The notes under the pieces are model-generated. The model saw only the letters and a list, made by a program, of their open reading frames with translations. It was not told the DNA's origin and ran no database searches. The translations under genes and the position numbers were made by a program. Below, in pieces: positions 27,422 through 38,700 of a stretch of 64,000 nt of DNA (the first letter of the stretch is position 1; the number at the start of each line of letters is the position of its first letter). The DNA lies in the IMG/VR virus record IMGVR_UViG_3300009086_000015, positions 5,567-69,566 of that record; one strand, written 5' to 3'. The DNA comes from a virus.

Positions 27422-29415
27422 TGGCCACTTCAGATACAACACTATTAAACCATCTATACTCTGCTAGAGCACTAAAGCCAAGCGTAAAATGCTACATTGA
27501 ATATAACATGAACTCAATGATTAAAGATATAACAGTAACATCAAGCGGAGAATATACTTCAAACGGAACAAAGCCATATAAGAAACTGTTCCCAGCCGAG
27601 TCAGTTATACAACCATTTAGACCAGTATATTCTGGAGCTAAGTATTATATTTACACAGCATCTGGACAGATAAACCCAACAACTAAACTTCCAATTGGAA
27701 CTGGTGAACCAGGTCTTCACCAAAGAGCAAAAGATGCAGGTAAATCTAATTCATTGCCAAGGCTATATTTTGCAGGCGGAGACAATACATATAAGTATTG
27801 GATATCTGCTATTAACACTAATGCCTCAATGACAATAACTTATCCAAAATTTGTATTAACAAATAAGGTTGTTGTTAAGTTTGAGAAGTATCATGAGATT
27901 CCATCTGCATGTACAATAACATTAAAGTATTCTGATTTAACTTCATCTGGCCCAATCTCGGCAGCCCCAAATTCAAATGGAGAATCTATAATTTATTATG
28001 GATCATCTTGGACAACAAATGCTTCTTCCTTAGTTCCAGCAAATAGCAAAAAAGTTATAGAGGTAGCCGTAGCTGCCACAAACAGAATGCAAGATAGAGT
28101 TACTGCAATAATAGAAATATCTCCAAGGCTTGTCCGTGATATATCTGATGATGTAACTAATTTTTCTATAACAAAAGAGTCTTCTAACTCTGGCGCAGAT
28201 GGAGTTTTACCAGTTGGATCTGTAACAGCAAATAGCCTATCTATTGATCTTGCTAAATACAATAACTCTTCAATAGAGTATTTGGCATACGATGATTCTA
28301 TTGCTTCGCCAGGCCACCTCATACCAGAAAAAAACTATTTAATTAAAAATGCACAGATAGATATTTCAATTGCTTTAGATGTTGATGGAGTAATAAAAAC
28401 AGTACCTCAAGGAACATATTTTATAAATGAATATAGCAGAAGTCAATTTGGTGAAGTTTCTATACAAGCTTTGGATGGAGCAAAATATTTGCAAGAGACG
28501 CTTATGCCAAATTTATATCTAGAGTCTTACCCAACAACAAGCGTAATAAAAGCAATACTCGATAACGTTGGAATGACAAACTATAACTTTAATACAACCA
28601 CAACTGAAACGTCAGTTGACAATTCTATTGGAAGCATAAAATACTTTTCAACAGATGACTCGATGACAGTTTGGGATACAATACAGCAAATATGCATGGA
28701 TACTCAAATGAATGCATTCTTTGATGACAATAACATTTTACAATTCTATACAAGAAATTATATATACGATGCTACTAGATCTTCTAGCTTTTCTTTTTAT
28801 GCAGAAGACACAGTTGTTAGCGGAGTAACACGAATACCAAATATATTAACATTTCAAAAAAGAGAGATCCCGTCAACCAACCAAGTTATTGTTAGATGGC
28901 AAGTCCCACAGATAACAAACCAGGCAAACAGCGCAGCTCCAATATGGCAGTCACCAGTAACATTTTTAGGTGGAGGAGGCTTGCTTGTAGACCTGCCTTA
29001 CCCACAATCCAAAACACCAATGAGAGACGGAAAAGAATATTACGTAGTTAACGTTGTAGCAAATGTATCAAGCGCCTACGGGAATTCAGTTCCAGCACTT
29101 TATCAATTTTCTGGATATCTAATGATTGAATCTGAAATTATTGAATATGATGCAATAGGGTATGAATATAGAATTGATAGCTCTGGTCCTAAATTTTTCT
29201 GGGCTACCTCACAAGTAGATGTTGATAAATATAGAGCAATGGTTCCATCATTCTACGGAACATCTGAATTTTTTAAGCCAGTGGACGTATACAGAATTAA
29301 AACAAACGCAGACGGAACACTGGCTGGCCGAGGAGCACTTGGCACCACAGCAGTTACTCATTATGTAAGAACCTCAACTGGCTGGGTAGACTCTGGATCG
29401 GTGGTTATAAAATAA
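27421..29415 (+). CDS. Minor tail (baseplate hub-like) protein
   Basis: Position; LPVG...AN, TVWDTIQQI...Q...FFD.N..LQF hub-like segments. Confidence 0.6.
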   Translation: MATSDTTLLNHLYSARALKPSVKCYIEYNMNSMIKDITVTSSGEYTSNGTKPYKKLFPAESVIQPFRPVYSGAKYYIYTASGQINPTTKLPIGTGEPGLHQRAKDAGKSNSLPRLYFAGGDNTYKYWISAINTNASMTITYPKFVLTNKVVVKFEKYHEIPSACTITLKYSDLTSSGPISAAPNSNGESIIYYGSSWTTNASSLVPANSKKVIEVAVAATNRMQDRVTAIIEISPRLVRDISDDVTNFSITKESSNSGADGVLPVGSVTANSLSIDLAKYNNSSIEYLAYDDSIASPGHLIPEKNYLIKNAQIDISIALDVDGVIKTVPQGTYFINEYSRSQFGEVSIQALDGAKYLQETLMPNLYLESYPTTSVIKAILDNVGMTNYNFNTTTTETSVDNSIGSIKYFSTDDSMTVWDTIQQICMDTQMNAFFDDNNILQFYTRNYIYDATRSSSFSFYAEDTVVSGVTRIPNILTFQKREIPSTNQVIVRWQVPQITNQANSAAPIWQSPVTFLGGGGLLVDLPYPQSKTPMRDGKEYYVVNVVANVSSAYGNSVPALYQFSGYLMIESEIIEYDAIGYEYRIDSSGPKFFWATSQVDVDKYRAMVPSFYGTSEFFKPVDVYRIKTNADGTLAGRGALGTTAVTHYVRTSTGWVDSGSVVIK

Positions 29416-30749
29416 TGGCACTAGTAAAAAATGTAGGAGCAGAAAAAACATTTAAAAAGATAACCCAGACCCAAGACTCAACAACCTACACGGTCTCGCA
29501 AAAAGCATTTAGCTCAATAACCCCAGCATTGGTATCTTCAAATGCATATACTGGAGCGTCTTATTATGCGTTCGGAACAACATTCTTTATGGACGATGCA
29601 CAGGAAAATCCACTTCAGTGTGGAGGCCTTGCTTTTGCACTAGGGACAGGTGGGAAAACTGGTTACTTTATTGAACTAGACACAACACCAAATGCTATAT
29701 ATGGAAATTCAAAAAACATAAATATATTTAAATCATACCAAGTAACAGAAGACGGAGTTACCTATGGAAGAAAAACAAAATTAACAAATGAATATGTGAA
29801 TAATGTAAGTACATTAAATGCAGTTTATGGTGGAAGAGCATTTAATATAGATGTAAAAATTAAAGCATTTTCAAATAAGGTTGAAATTAAAATATGGATT
29901 AATGGATACAATATAACAGCAGTAGATACATACGGGCCAATAGCAAACAATAAAACGTTTGCTAATAATTTAATACCTATAACTAATAATGTTGGAATTT
30001 TTGCTAAAAAGGGAACGTGCTATTTTGATTATGTTTACGGAATGAGTATAACAGAGTCAGAGTGGAAGTCTGACTCATATGGAACAAACAGATACACGGG
30101 CCAGTTTTCAAAAGACCTAATCAGCATGGCTTTTGGAGATTTGAACTTTCAGGGTCTAGAAAATAAATCTATACCATCAGCGTCAATAGACGAATTTGGA
30201 ACAACCGTAAGAGAGCTACATCACGTTGAGCTAAAATTTGATTCTAGGCCATCAATGCCAGTTAGATTCTCTACTGGAAATAATGAATACGCTTCAATTG
30301 TTGCTCAAAGATTAACTAACTATGAAGGAGAAGCTTTTGTTTTAAACAACGCCTCTACTCCAATTCCACTCCAAGACAACACAAGCGCAAGCTTTTATAT
30401 AATAGGCAATACTATTGATAGCTCAGGGCAGCTTGAAAATGTAATAGAAACCACAACTAAAGATTATGTAAAAAAGGAGCCATTCATATTTGAATCAAAG
30501 TGGATTCAGTCAAATGAAGATGCTGATGCTCTGGGAAACTGGATTAAAGAAAGTGCTATAAACAAGGGCTCAGTGGTAGACATGGAAATTTTTGGAAACC
30601 CAGTAGTATCTCCTGGAGATGTAATTTCAATATTCTATCCATATCAGGGGTACTCTAATACCAATACGTCTAAATTTATTGTCAATTCAGTAACCCACGG
30701 GTACTCAGAAAACGGATTGACAACTAGCATTAGTTGTAGGTCTCTGTAG
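29415..30749 (+). CDS. Minor tail protein
   Basis: C-terminal S.WIQS..DA..L, EIFGNP...PGDVI.I.Y hub/tip motif. Confidence 0.6.
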   Translation: MALVKNVGAEKTFKKITQTQDSTTYTVSQKAFSSITPALVSSNAYTGASYYAFGTTFFMDDAQENPLQCGGLAFALGTGGKTGYFIELDTTPNAIYGNSKNINIFKSYQVTEDGVTYGRKTKLTNEYVNNVSTLNAVYGGRAFNIDVKIKAFSNKVEIKIWINGYNITAVDTYGPIANNKTFANNLIPITNNVGIFAKKGTCYFDYVYGMSITESEWKSDSYGTNRYTGQFSKDLISMAFGDLNFQGLENKSIPSASIDEFGTTVRELHHVELKFDSRPSMPVRFSTGNNEYASIVAQRLTNYEGEAFVLNNASTPIPLQDNTSASFYIIGNTIDSSGQLENVIETTTKDYVKKEPFIFESKWIQSNEDADALGNWIKESAINKGSVVDMEIFGNPVVSPGDVISIFYPYQGYSNTNTSKFIVNSVTHGYSENGLTTSISCRSL

Positions 30750-30773
30750 ACATGGAAATGATATAATAAAAAT

Positions 30774-31103
30774 ATGGCAAAGATAAAAGAACAAGAAGTC
30801 GGAATAGCCCCTAAGATAGTAGTACAGCAGGGCTCACCAGACGCATTGCTTTTAGACCCAAGGTTTATTAAATCTGAAAGTATAGTAACCCCAGAGTATA
30901 CAAAACTTGTAGGCGTCCCAGATGGTCCAGGAGATCCAGGAGATCCAGACAAGACAAGACCAGACCTGGACGATATTATAGGATTTACATACGAGAAAAA
31001 ATTAACTCCAAACCAAGCGGTCATATACACATTAAAAATTAAATTTAGAAATTCAAGCGGCGGGAAGATAAAAGGATTTGATGCCAAAGTGCCTCAACTA
31101 TAG
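30774..31103 (+). CDS. Hypothetical tail-region protein
   Basis: ORF after promoter TGaTATAAT (30759-30767); short PGD repeat. Confidence 0.55.
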   Translation: MAKIKEQEVGIAPKIVVQQGSPDALLLDPRFIKSESIVTPEYTKLVGVPDGPGDPGDPDKTRPDLDDIIGFTYEKKLTPNQAVIYTLKIKFRNSSGGKIKGFDAKVPQL

Positions 31104-31111
31104 GAGATGAA

Positions 31112-32044
31112 ATGATAAAAGGAACTTATATTTTTTATGAGGATGGCAAAGAAATCTGCCGTTCAGAAAATGTCATAACTCGATTTGGCAAAAGATTTCT
31201 TACAAATTTTATTGCTGGGAACACAAGCTTTAGGAATAAAGACATTGCCCTTGGAATAGGATCAAATGCTGCAACTGAGCTTGATACCAAGCTGCAGTTT
31301 GAATTCTATAAAGCCCCAGTATCGTTTGGAAGCATAGACATTCAATGGAATGAATCTTTATCTGCATACACATATACTGTTATATATAGTGCAAAGATTC
31401 CATCAAGTGTTACTGGATTAATTAAAGAGGTTGGCCTGTACCCTCTAGGAGAATCTAGCGAGACATTCTATTCAGATCAAGTTTTAAATTCATTTGATGA
31501 CCAAACCGAATGGACAAATGCTGGAGTATCGGCAAATATTTCCCCATTGTATTCTAGAATTGGGCCAACAACTGTATACTGGTCAACAACTGGGAACACA
31601 TCAAAAGAATACAAATACTCTATGAATGTAAAAGACATGTCGGGGTACAGTGTAAATGATACAATAGCTTTATCAATATACCAAGCAGACAACTATTTAA
31701 ATAAAATTAGAGTTAAATTCTACAGCTCAGATACAGAATATTACTATATTGATTTAACTCCAAACTCAACTGCTGGATATGATATACCATTCTCATTACT
31801 TACTAACTTGTTTACAAATAAAGTAGGTCTCCCAGAGATATCACGTATTAATCAAATTGGAATAGAAACATTCCCAGAGTCTGGACAGAATACTACTGTT
31901 TACTTTGATGGACTTAGAATTAATGATGAAGATACTTATGATGTAAATTATGGAATAATTAGCAGATCTGTTTTGGCATCAGCCTTAAATAAAATTGCTG
32001 GACGATCCGTAGATATAGAATATAGGTTGCAGTTGTCGTGGTAG
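31112..32044 (+). CDS. Minor tail/baseplate protein
   Basis: ENVIT..GK...IALG.G..A...DT.L.FEF...I.EVGL motif typical of fibre-base proteins, with a central carbohydrate-binding-like insert. Confidence 0.6.
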   Translation: MIKGTYIFYEDGKEICRSENVITRFGKRFLTNFIAGNTSFRNKDIALGIGSNAATELDTKLQFEFYKAPVSFGSIDIQWNESLSAYTYTVIYSAKIPSSVTGLIKEVGLYPLGESSETFYSDQVLNSFDDQTEWTNAGVSANISPLYSRIGPTTVYWSTTGNTSKEYKYSMNVKDMSGYSVNDTIALSIYQADNYLNKIRVKFYSSDTEYYYIDLTPNSTAGYDIPFSLLTNLFTNKVGLPEISRINQIGIETFPESGQNTTVYFDGLRINDEDTYDVNYGIISRSVLASALNKIAGRSVDIEYRLQLSW

Positions 32045-35000
32045 AAAAGCTTCCGTTAGACCTGGACAAAAAGGCTGACATAAATCAAAAAGTTGAGGAG
32101 TCTGTATATGACTCTGAATACTGGACTGTCAGCATACCAAATCTATCACCAGACACGGAGTTTCCACTACAATTTGCATGGGTGTACGAAGACGGAACGA
32201 TATCAGATTATTCAGCATATAAAACATTTACAACCCCAGGAGAAGATACTTTAAAGAGACCTAAGTTCCTCCCTACAGACCTAACTGTTTTTCAAGGAAA
32301 GCTAAAGGTAAATTGGCAGGGAGTAGATGTAGATGGAGACGAATACGGAAAAGAATTTGGATATGTAGATGTATTGTATAAACTATCAACAGATACAGAA
32401 TGGAAATCTGCTGGAGTATTTATTAAATCAAGTTTCCTACTTATTCCAGGAACCCCAAAGCTAACATATAATGTCAAGCTAGTCGCATATACTAAAACAG
32501 GAGTGCCTTCATTAGATAGCGACATTCAAACAAAAGCTTTAATCCAGACTGGACCAAATACGCCTACTAACGTACAAAGATTTTGGTCAGGCACAAAGTT
32601 TGTAGTTACATTTACTCAAAACCCAGCAGCAGTTGGAAATGAGTATATTAAGAGTAATAAAATTACTTTAACCTCATCAACAAATATAAGCTTTACTTTT
32701 GAATTCCCAGTAGTCCCTGGCGATACACAAAGATATGAGCTTGGAGAAGATCTAAGCAATACTTATTTTGGACCACAGCTAAACCCAGGATTTTCTGGTT
32801 CTGTTTGGTCAACCGATACATATAACGGAGAAAGCTTAAAGGTACCATTTGCATTTCTTGCATACGAATCAATTCTTACCGCACCAGTAATAACAGTATC
32901 ACAACTGGTTGGCGGATACAAGGTTTCGTACACAGATCAACTTGACGAAGCATCAAAAAAAGCATTTAATAATATAAGCATAGAAGAATCTTTAACTGGT
33001 TCCTCATCTGGATTTAACAGAGTTTCTTTTGGCCCATCTAATCCAGTTACAGTATCTACTGGAAGTAGCACAGCACAAAGATGGGTAAGAGCGTTAGTTT
33101 ATGACAATATAGGCGGCTATCCAAAGAATCCAGATGGCACACCATTATATTCTAATGTAGCAACAGTATCGCCAAAGAATTCTGACCCGTCAGACGGCAC
33201 ACCGCCAGCGGTACCTTCAGTAAGCGCTGGAACCCCAACCGCTACCACTGTACCTATAACAATAACAGTAGTTGATGCTGACACTAAAAATGTATACGTT
33301 AGATATAAGAAGTCAACCGAATCTCTTTATGGATACGACCTAACACCAGTTTCAGTTGGATCAAATTCATGGACAATAAAAGGTCTACAGCCAAACACTA
33401 CATATAATATTGGCGTTAGCGGAGGAGATTCTTTTTCTAACTACAGTGCATACAGCGCAGACATCAGCGCAGTCACAGCATCCTCCGCACCAGGCGCACC
33501 ATCAAATGTTACGCTATCAAACTTAAGCAGTGGAGTAGGAGTAGTAGCGTCCTGGACAGCACCAGCAACAACCGCACTTTCAATTTCAAAATATAAAGTA
33601 GAGCTAAGAAAAGACCCAGCCACAACAAATACACTGATTCAAACCCAGTATTCATTTAGCACAAACATATCTTTTTCTGGATTAAGTCCTTCTTCAATAT
33701 ATCAAGTTACTGTATTTACGGAAGACGTATCTGGAACATTCTCAGCATCAGCCTCCAGCGCAGCCTTTACAACAAATACATCTGGCGGACTAAGTGATGG
33801 TATTGCCCCGACATCTTCACCCACACCAGTTGTAACGCCATTGTATGGAGCCTTAGAGGTTAGATGGACTCCTATTGTTAATGCAGATATTGTTACATAT
33901 GAAGTGCATGCTTCAACAACAAATAACTTTACACCATCCATAGCAACTAAAGTACTTGAAGTAGCTGGCACATTTGCTATTATAAAAACAATTTCTGGAA
34001 CACCTCTTGTATACGATACAATATACTACGTTAAAATAATTGCTAAAGATGTTGACGGTTCAGCAGCAGCTGGGACTCAAGCATTTGAAAAGCCATCAAA
34101 AGTTGATAATGGAGATATTGCAGCTGGCGCAGTACGTGCAAATGTAATTTTGGCTGGATCTATAACAGCAACTCAAATGGATGCAGATAATTTATTTGTT
34201 GGCAAAACATTTAAAATTGGAACTGGCGGAGTAATATTTAGCGGAACAGGTGCATTACATGGAAATGTCGATACAGGATTTTATTTAGATTCTACTGGAC
34301 AATTTTCTTTAAAGGATAAGCTAATATTTTCTTCGGCAGGGAACCTAACAGTAAATGGAATAATTAACGCAGACAGTGGAACATTAAAAGGCGCTTTAGC
34401 AATTGATGCAACTAATATGAAATTTGGTAAAGGGGTAAAGGACAGCTTTAACGGAATTTATATCGATGACAATAACTATTGGTATTCAAATGGAAACTTT
34501 AGAGCAGGTGGAGCTGGCACTGGTATAACATCTACTGGTGGCTCACTAAGCATAGTATCCCCAGTAACCATTACTGGAACGTCTTCAGTTACTGGAAACC
34601 TTGGAGTAACTGGAACCATATATTCAGGTGGTGCAGTAAGCTCTGGCCAAAGAACAGTATTAAATTCAGCAGGAATTTATGCTTATCCAGATGGTGCTGG
34701 TGCCGCAGCAACAACATCTATATTTGCAAACGCAGCTGCAGGTGGAGTAACGTTTGCTACCGAAAGAGGTAGACTTGGATCTTCTTCAAACTATTGGTTG
34801 GTTGGAGCAAATACAATATCTAGCGTTGCTGGTTCTGGAAGCGTAACACTAGAGTCTTCGGCAACCAATGCAAGAATTGTAACCTCGCCATCAGCAGCAA
34901 CTTCTACAAGCGGAGTATCTGGAAGTGGATCATATGGAATATGGGCTGGCGCATTAGCAACATCTGGCTCAAGCACTGATGCACAAATTGCAGCGGCACC

Positions 35001-35721
35001 ATTTAGCGTTACACACGCAGGAGCATTAATTGCAAACAGCGCAACAATAAGAGGAAAAGTTACTGCAACAAGCGGAGGATTTGGAACAGTAGATGCAAAT
35101 GGAGATGTTACAAGTGGTTGGCGAATTTCTGCAAACACCATACAGGCATATGGCTCTGGTGCAACTGCTGGAACAATAAATGGCGGAAACATAACTGGTG
35201 CAACAATTACTGGAAGTAGTTTTAATATTACAAAAGAGATAGGCTTTAGCGGCGTCCTTACAGTTTCAGATATCACAAATGCAGCTGAAGATAGCGATAA
35301 TGGAAATGCTGGAACTAGCTCAACAATAAACTCAGGTAATCAAACAATAACAATGTCATTTACAGACGGGTTGATAAATTCAACTGGGTCTTTGATTGTA
35401 AAAGCTGCAAATACACTTGAGCTGTATGGAGGCTCAGCGGTAGCAGCATCATTTTCAGCAAGTGGACACTCTATAATAACTTCAGGAACAACTGGTTTGT
35501 ACATAGGAAATACATCTAATGTCGAAGGCGCAACTTCTGCAAGCCATCCTTCATTTGTAACAATTGACGGAAGAATGAGAATGAGAAAAGGAGCACCTCT
35601 TTACTATCCAAATGGTTCAACTGGTGCTTATATAAGAAATATTTATGTTAAAAGTGCTGCTAGCACATATACCCCACCTAGCAGTGTTGGTCATATTGGT
35701 GACATCATGGTAACATATTGA
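32038..35721 (+). CDS. Tail tip/fibre protein with multiple FN3 domains
   Basis: Several FN3 signatures (GLQPNTTYNIGV, GLSPSSIYQVTV, YYVKIIAKD.DG); Gly/Ser/Thr-rich fibre C-terminal half. Confidence 0.75.
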   Translation: MVEKLPLDLDKKADINQKVEESVYDSEYWTVSIPNLSPDTEFPLQFAWVYEDGTISDYSAYKTFTTPGEDTLKRPKFLPTDLTVFQGKLKVNWQGVDVDGDEYGKEFGYVDVLYKLSTDTEWKSAGVFIKSSFLLIPGTPKLTYNVKLVAYTKTGVPSLDSDIQTKALIQTGPNTPTNVQRFWSGTKFVVTFTQNPAAVGNEYIKSNKITLTSSTNISFTFEFPVVPGDTQRYELGEDLSNTYFGPQLNPGFSGSVWSTDTYNGESLKVPFAFLAYESILTAPVITVSQLVGGYKVSYTDQLDEASKKAFNNISIEESLTGSSSGFNRVSFGPSNPVTVSTGSSTAQRWVRALVYDNIGGYPKNPDGTPLYSNVATVSPKNSDPSDGTPPAVPSVSAGTPTATTVPITITVVDADTKNVYVRYKKSTESLYGYDLTPVSVGSNSWTIKGLQPNTTYNIGVSGGDSFSNYSAYSADISAVTASSAPGAPSNVTLSNLSSGVGVVASWTAPATTALSISKYKVELRKDPATTNTLIQTQYSFSTNISFSGLSPSSIYQVTVFTEDVSGTFSASASSAAFTTNTSGGLSDGIAPTSSPTPVVTPLYGALEVRWTPIVNADIVTYEVHASTTNNFTPSIATKVLEVAGTFAIIKTISGTPLVYDTIYYVKIIAKDVDGSAAAGTQAFEKPSKVDNGDIAAGAVRANVILAGSITATQMDADNLFVGKTFKIGTGGVIFSGTGALHGNVDTGFYLDSTGQFSLKDKLIFSSAGNLTVNGIINADSGTLKGALAIDATNMKFGKGVKDSFNGIYIDDNNYWYSNGNFRAGGAGTGITSTGGSLSIVSPVTITGTSSVTGNLGVTGTIYSGGAVSSGQRTVLNSAGIYAYPDGAGAAATTSIFANAAAGGVTFATERGRLGSSSNYWLVGANTISSVAGSGSVTLESSATNARIVTSPSAATSTSGVSGSGSYGIWAGALATSGSSTDAQIAAAPFSVTHAGALIANSATIRGKVTATSGGFGTVDANGDVTSGWRISANTIQAYGSGATAGTINGGNITGATITGSSFNITKEIGFSGVLTVSDITNAAEDSDNGNAGTSSTINSGNQTITMSFTDGLINSTGSLIVKAANTLELYGGSAVAASFSASGHSIITSGTTGLYIGNTSNVEGATSASHPSFVTIDGRMRMRKGAPLYYPNGSTGAYIRNIYVKSAASTYTPPSSVGHIGDIMVTY

Positions 35722-35741
35722 TGGGTAGAACGGTAATTTGA

Positions 35742-38700
35742 ATGGGTTTATTTGCTAAGACTGGTTCCACTACATGGTCAACCACTAAAAAAGTATTTGC
35801 TAAAACTAGTACTGGTGGTTGGTCTGTAATAAATTCTGTCTGGGCAAAAGTAGAATCTGGTTGGCAAAAAGTGTGGCCAAAAATTGCACCTTCAACAAAC
35901 CCAGACGACCCAATAAACATTAGATTAAATTCTTATAATGGAACAGAAGCCACTGGCTATATGTACATAGATACAATTTTGTATGGCCACGATGGCCTTT
36001 TTCTTAATGGACCAGCCACAGCCTCAGATAGAAAATTTGTTGCTTCAACGTCAGTTAATTTATCAGATATAGTTTCGGGGGATGTAGAAACAACAGCCCC
36101 ATTAGATGTATTTAATCTGTCTAATAATACAGACACAACAAGAAATAGAATAGATGGCAATTATTTATTCTATCAATTAAAAGCTACTAATAATCAAGAC
36201 CCAAGTTTATCCACAGTTTTAAATGGTCCAGTGCCTCCAATTAAAATTATTAAAAAAACCCCATCTATTACATCAACTATATTTACAGAATCTGGTGATG
36301 GCATATATCAAATGGAATTTTATGCCTCCTCTAAATGGTACAACTCACCAGACCTAGCAAATTCATATGTAAGATGGTGGAGGCATACTGATAAAGTAAA
36401 CTACAGAAATGGCACAATACTTCAAACAGATTATTTTACATCTACTAATATAAACAACTTTCAAAAATTTGGAACTGGCTGGACAGATGGATCAAGCACA
36501 TCACCAGACCTAAATGCAATTTCAATTTTGGCAACAACTGTTCCCGCAGTCGGAACATATATAATTGCAGAAGTTGTTTTAAAAAATTCTTTTACAACAC
36601 ATTTTAGTACCGAAGTAACAGCAGTAAAATTTAGCGGAGTCTTGCCATTTATTCGTAACGTAAGGTTTGAAGATGATAATGGAAGAGATCCAACCGATTA
36701 TTTAAATAGACTTATTACAGATGGGTATTGGTATTTAAAATTTGATGCCGACAATGTAACAGCCTCAACAACATATAGAGTTGATTATAGGCTATATGAT
36801 GTGCAACTTGGAGTATATTATAATTTTTTAACTGGTTCATCTTTTACAAATGGAAACTCTTGGCCAACACAATATAATGTTACGGGCACACTTAGCGGCA
36901 CCACAGCATATTTAAATGATGGAAGAAGATTTATTAATACATCAAATTTCCCTGCGGCATCCCATACATATGGCGGAGGTATAGTAAGATATAGACTAGG
37001 TATTAGAATAACAGCACAAACACCTGGACAACAAAGAACATATTTTAGCGGTGTAATAAATAATAATGGTGGGCCTTATGTGTTGGCAGATACTGGAGGA
37101 GAATTTGATTTAAATACAGAATCAGTTATTGCGTTATCCGCATCAAAAACATCCCCAGCAGTTGCTGAGTCGATAACTTTTAGTGGAACTACCACTTCAT
37201 TTCCAACAGGATACACATCATATCCAAGACAATATAAGATAGATTTTGGAGATGGGACAACTACTGGAACTGTTGAAAATGGTGGTTGGGTAAACTTTCC
37301 TGGCACGTCCAATCCTGGATTTTCTGTAACCAAATCTTATGCTACCGCAGGCACTTATGCTGCAACACTTTTTTGGACACCACAAGGAGATAAGTCTAGA
37401 TCTACATCCACACAAATAACAATAACAGTAACTAGCCCTCCAGTAAATACTTCTGCTCCTACTCTTACTGGAACAAATCTATCGCCAGGAGAAGTTTTAA
37501 ATTTTGATGTTGGATCTTGGACAAACTCACCAACAAGCTATACAGTTAAAATATATAGAGGAACTGCAAGTGTAGCAACCAGCGAAACATTGGTATCTAC
37601 ACAAACAATTACAGCACCAACAACAACTGGAACCTATACAATAACTCAGGAAGATTATACGAATACAGGTATAAGTCCAGTACGGAGATACCTTAGAGTG
37701 TTTGTTACTGCAACTAATGGCACACCCTCCGCACAAGTTGCTGGTGGAGAGGTTGGTCCAGTCACACCAACAATTTATACAATTACTTGGGATAAAAATG
37801 ATGGAACAGGAACTATATCAACATCTACATTTAGTGCAGGCGGATCAGTAACAGCACCAAATCCAACAAGAGCAAATTATGTCCTTGACAGATTTACAGA
37901 AACCACATCAGGAACTTATTTTTATTCAGTTTTGGGAGGAGCTTCATGGAGCCCTCCTTCAGTAAGCAGAACCATGTATGCAAGATGGACATATTCTCCA
38001 CCATCATACACCTTTGCTTTTGGAAATAAGATAAGCGTTTCTACAAATGGATATATTTCTTTAGGTTCCAGCACTGTAATTACAGAAAATTCAGCAGATG
38101 CTGTTACCTCTACAGCTGGTAAAGTTCTAGCAGTTCTACCATTAGATATGGTTCAAACATCCCTATACTATTGGTCAGATACATCAAAATATATTGTTAG
38201 ATGGAGCGGATATCAATATGGAAATGCTGCAAATATAATGACATATGAAGCAACATTTTATGCTGGTCAACAATATGCTGACATAATGATTATAGATAGA
38301 TTTACATTTCAATCCACAGCCGCCGCTTATATGATTGACGGAGTTGCAATAACAAGCTATCCTGCCACACCAATTCAAAGTAGTAAATATCGTGTTTATT
38401 TTAATGGGACCGTACCAGCTGTAGTAGCATATACCGCTACAGCTACATCTGTAATGAAGAGAGACACAACAAAAGATACGGTTGATGTTGGAACAACTAC
38501 ATTGACAACTGCTACAAACCAGACTTCGTTTATAGCACCACACTTCCCACCGTTCTTCCCACCACACTTCCCACCGTTCTTCCCACCGTTCTTCCCACCA
38601 CACTTCCCACCGTTCTTCCCACCTTACTTCCCAGCCGCAGCCTTGCCAGGAGTACCTACTGGAGTAACGGCTACAAACGATGGAACAAACACTACAATAA

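Noticed and set aside
1396-38630. Diversity-generating retroelement TR/VR pair between the two PPxF loci
   Set aside because: No reverse transcriptase in the window; both copies are coding tandem repeats and do not show a template/variable pattern of adenine-specific mismatches.
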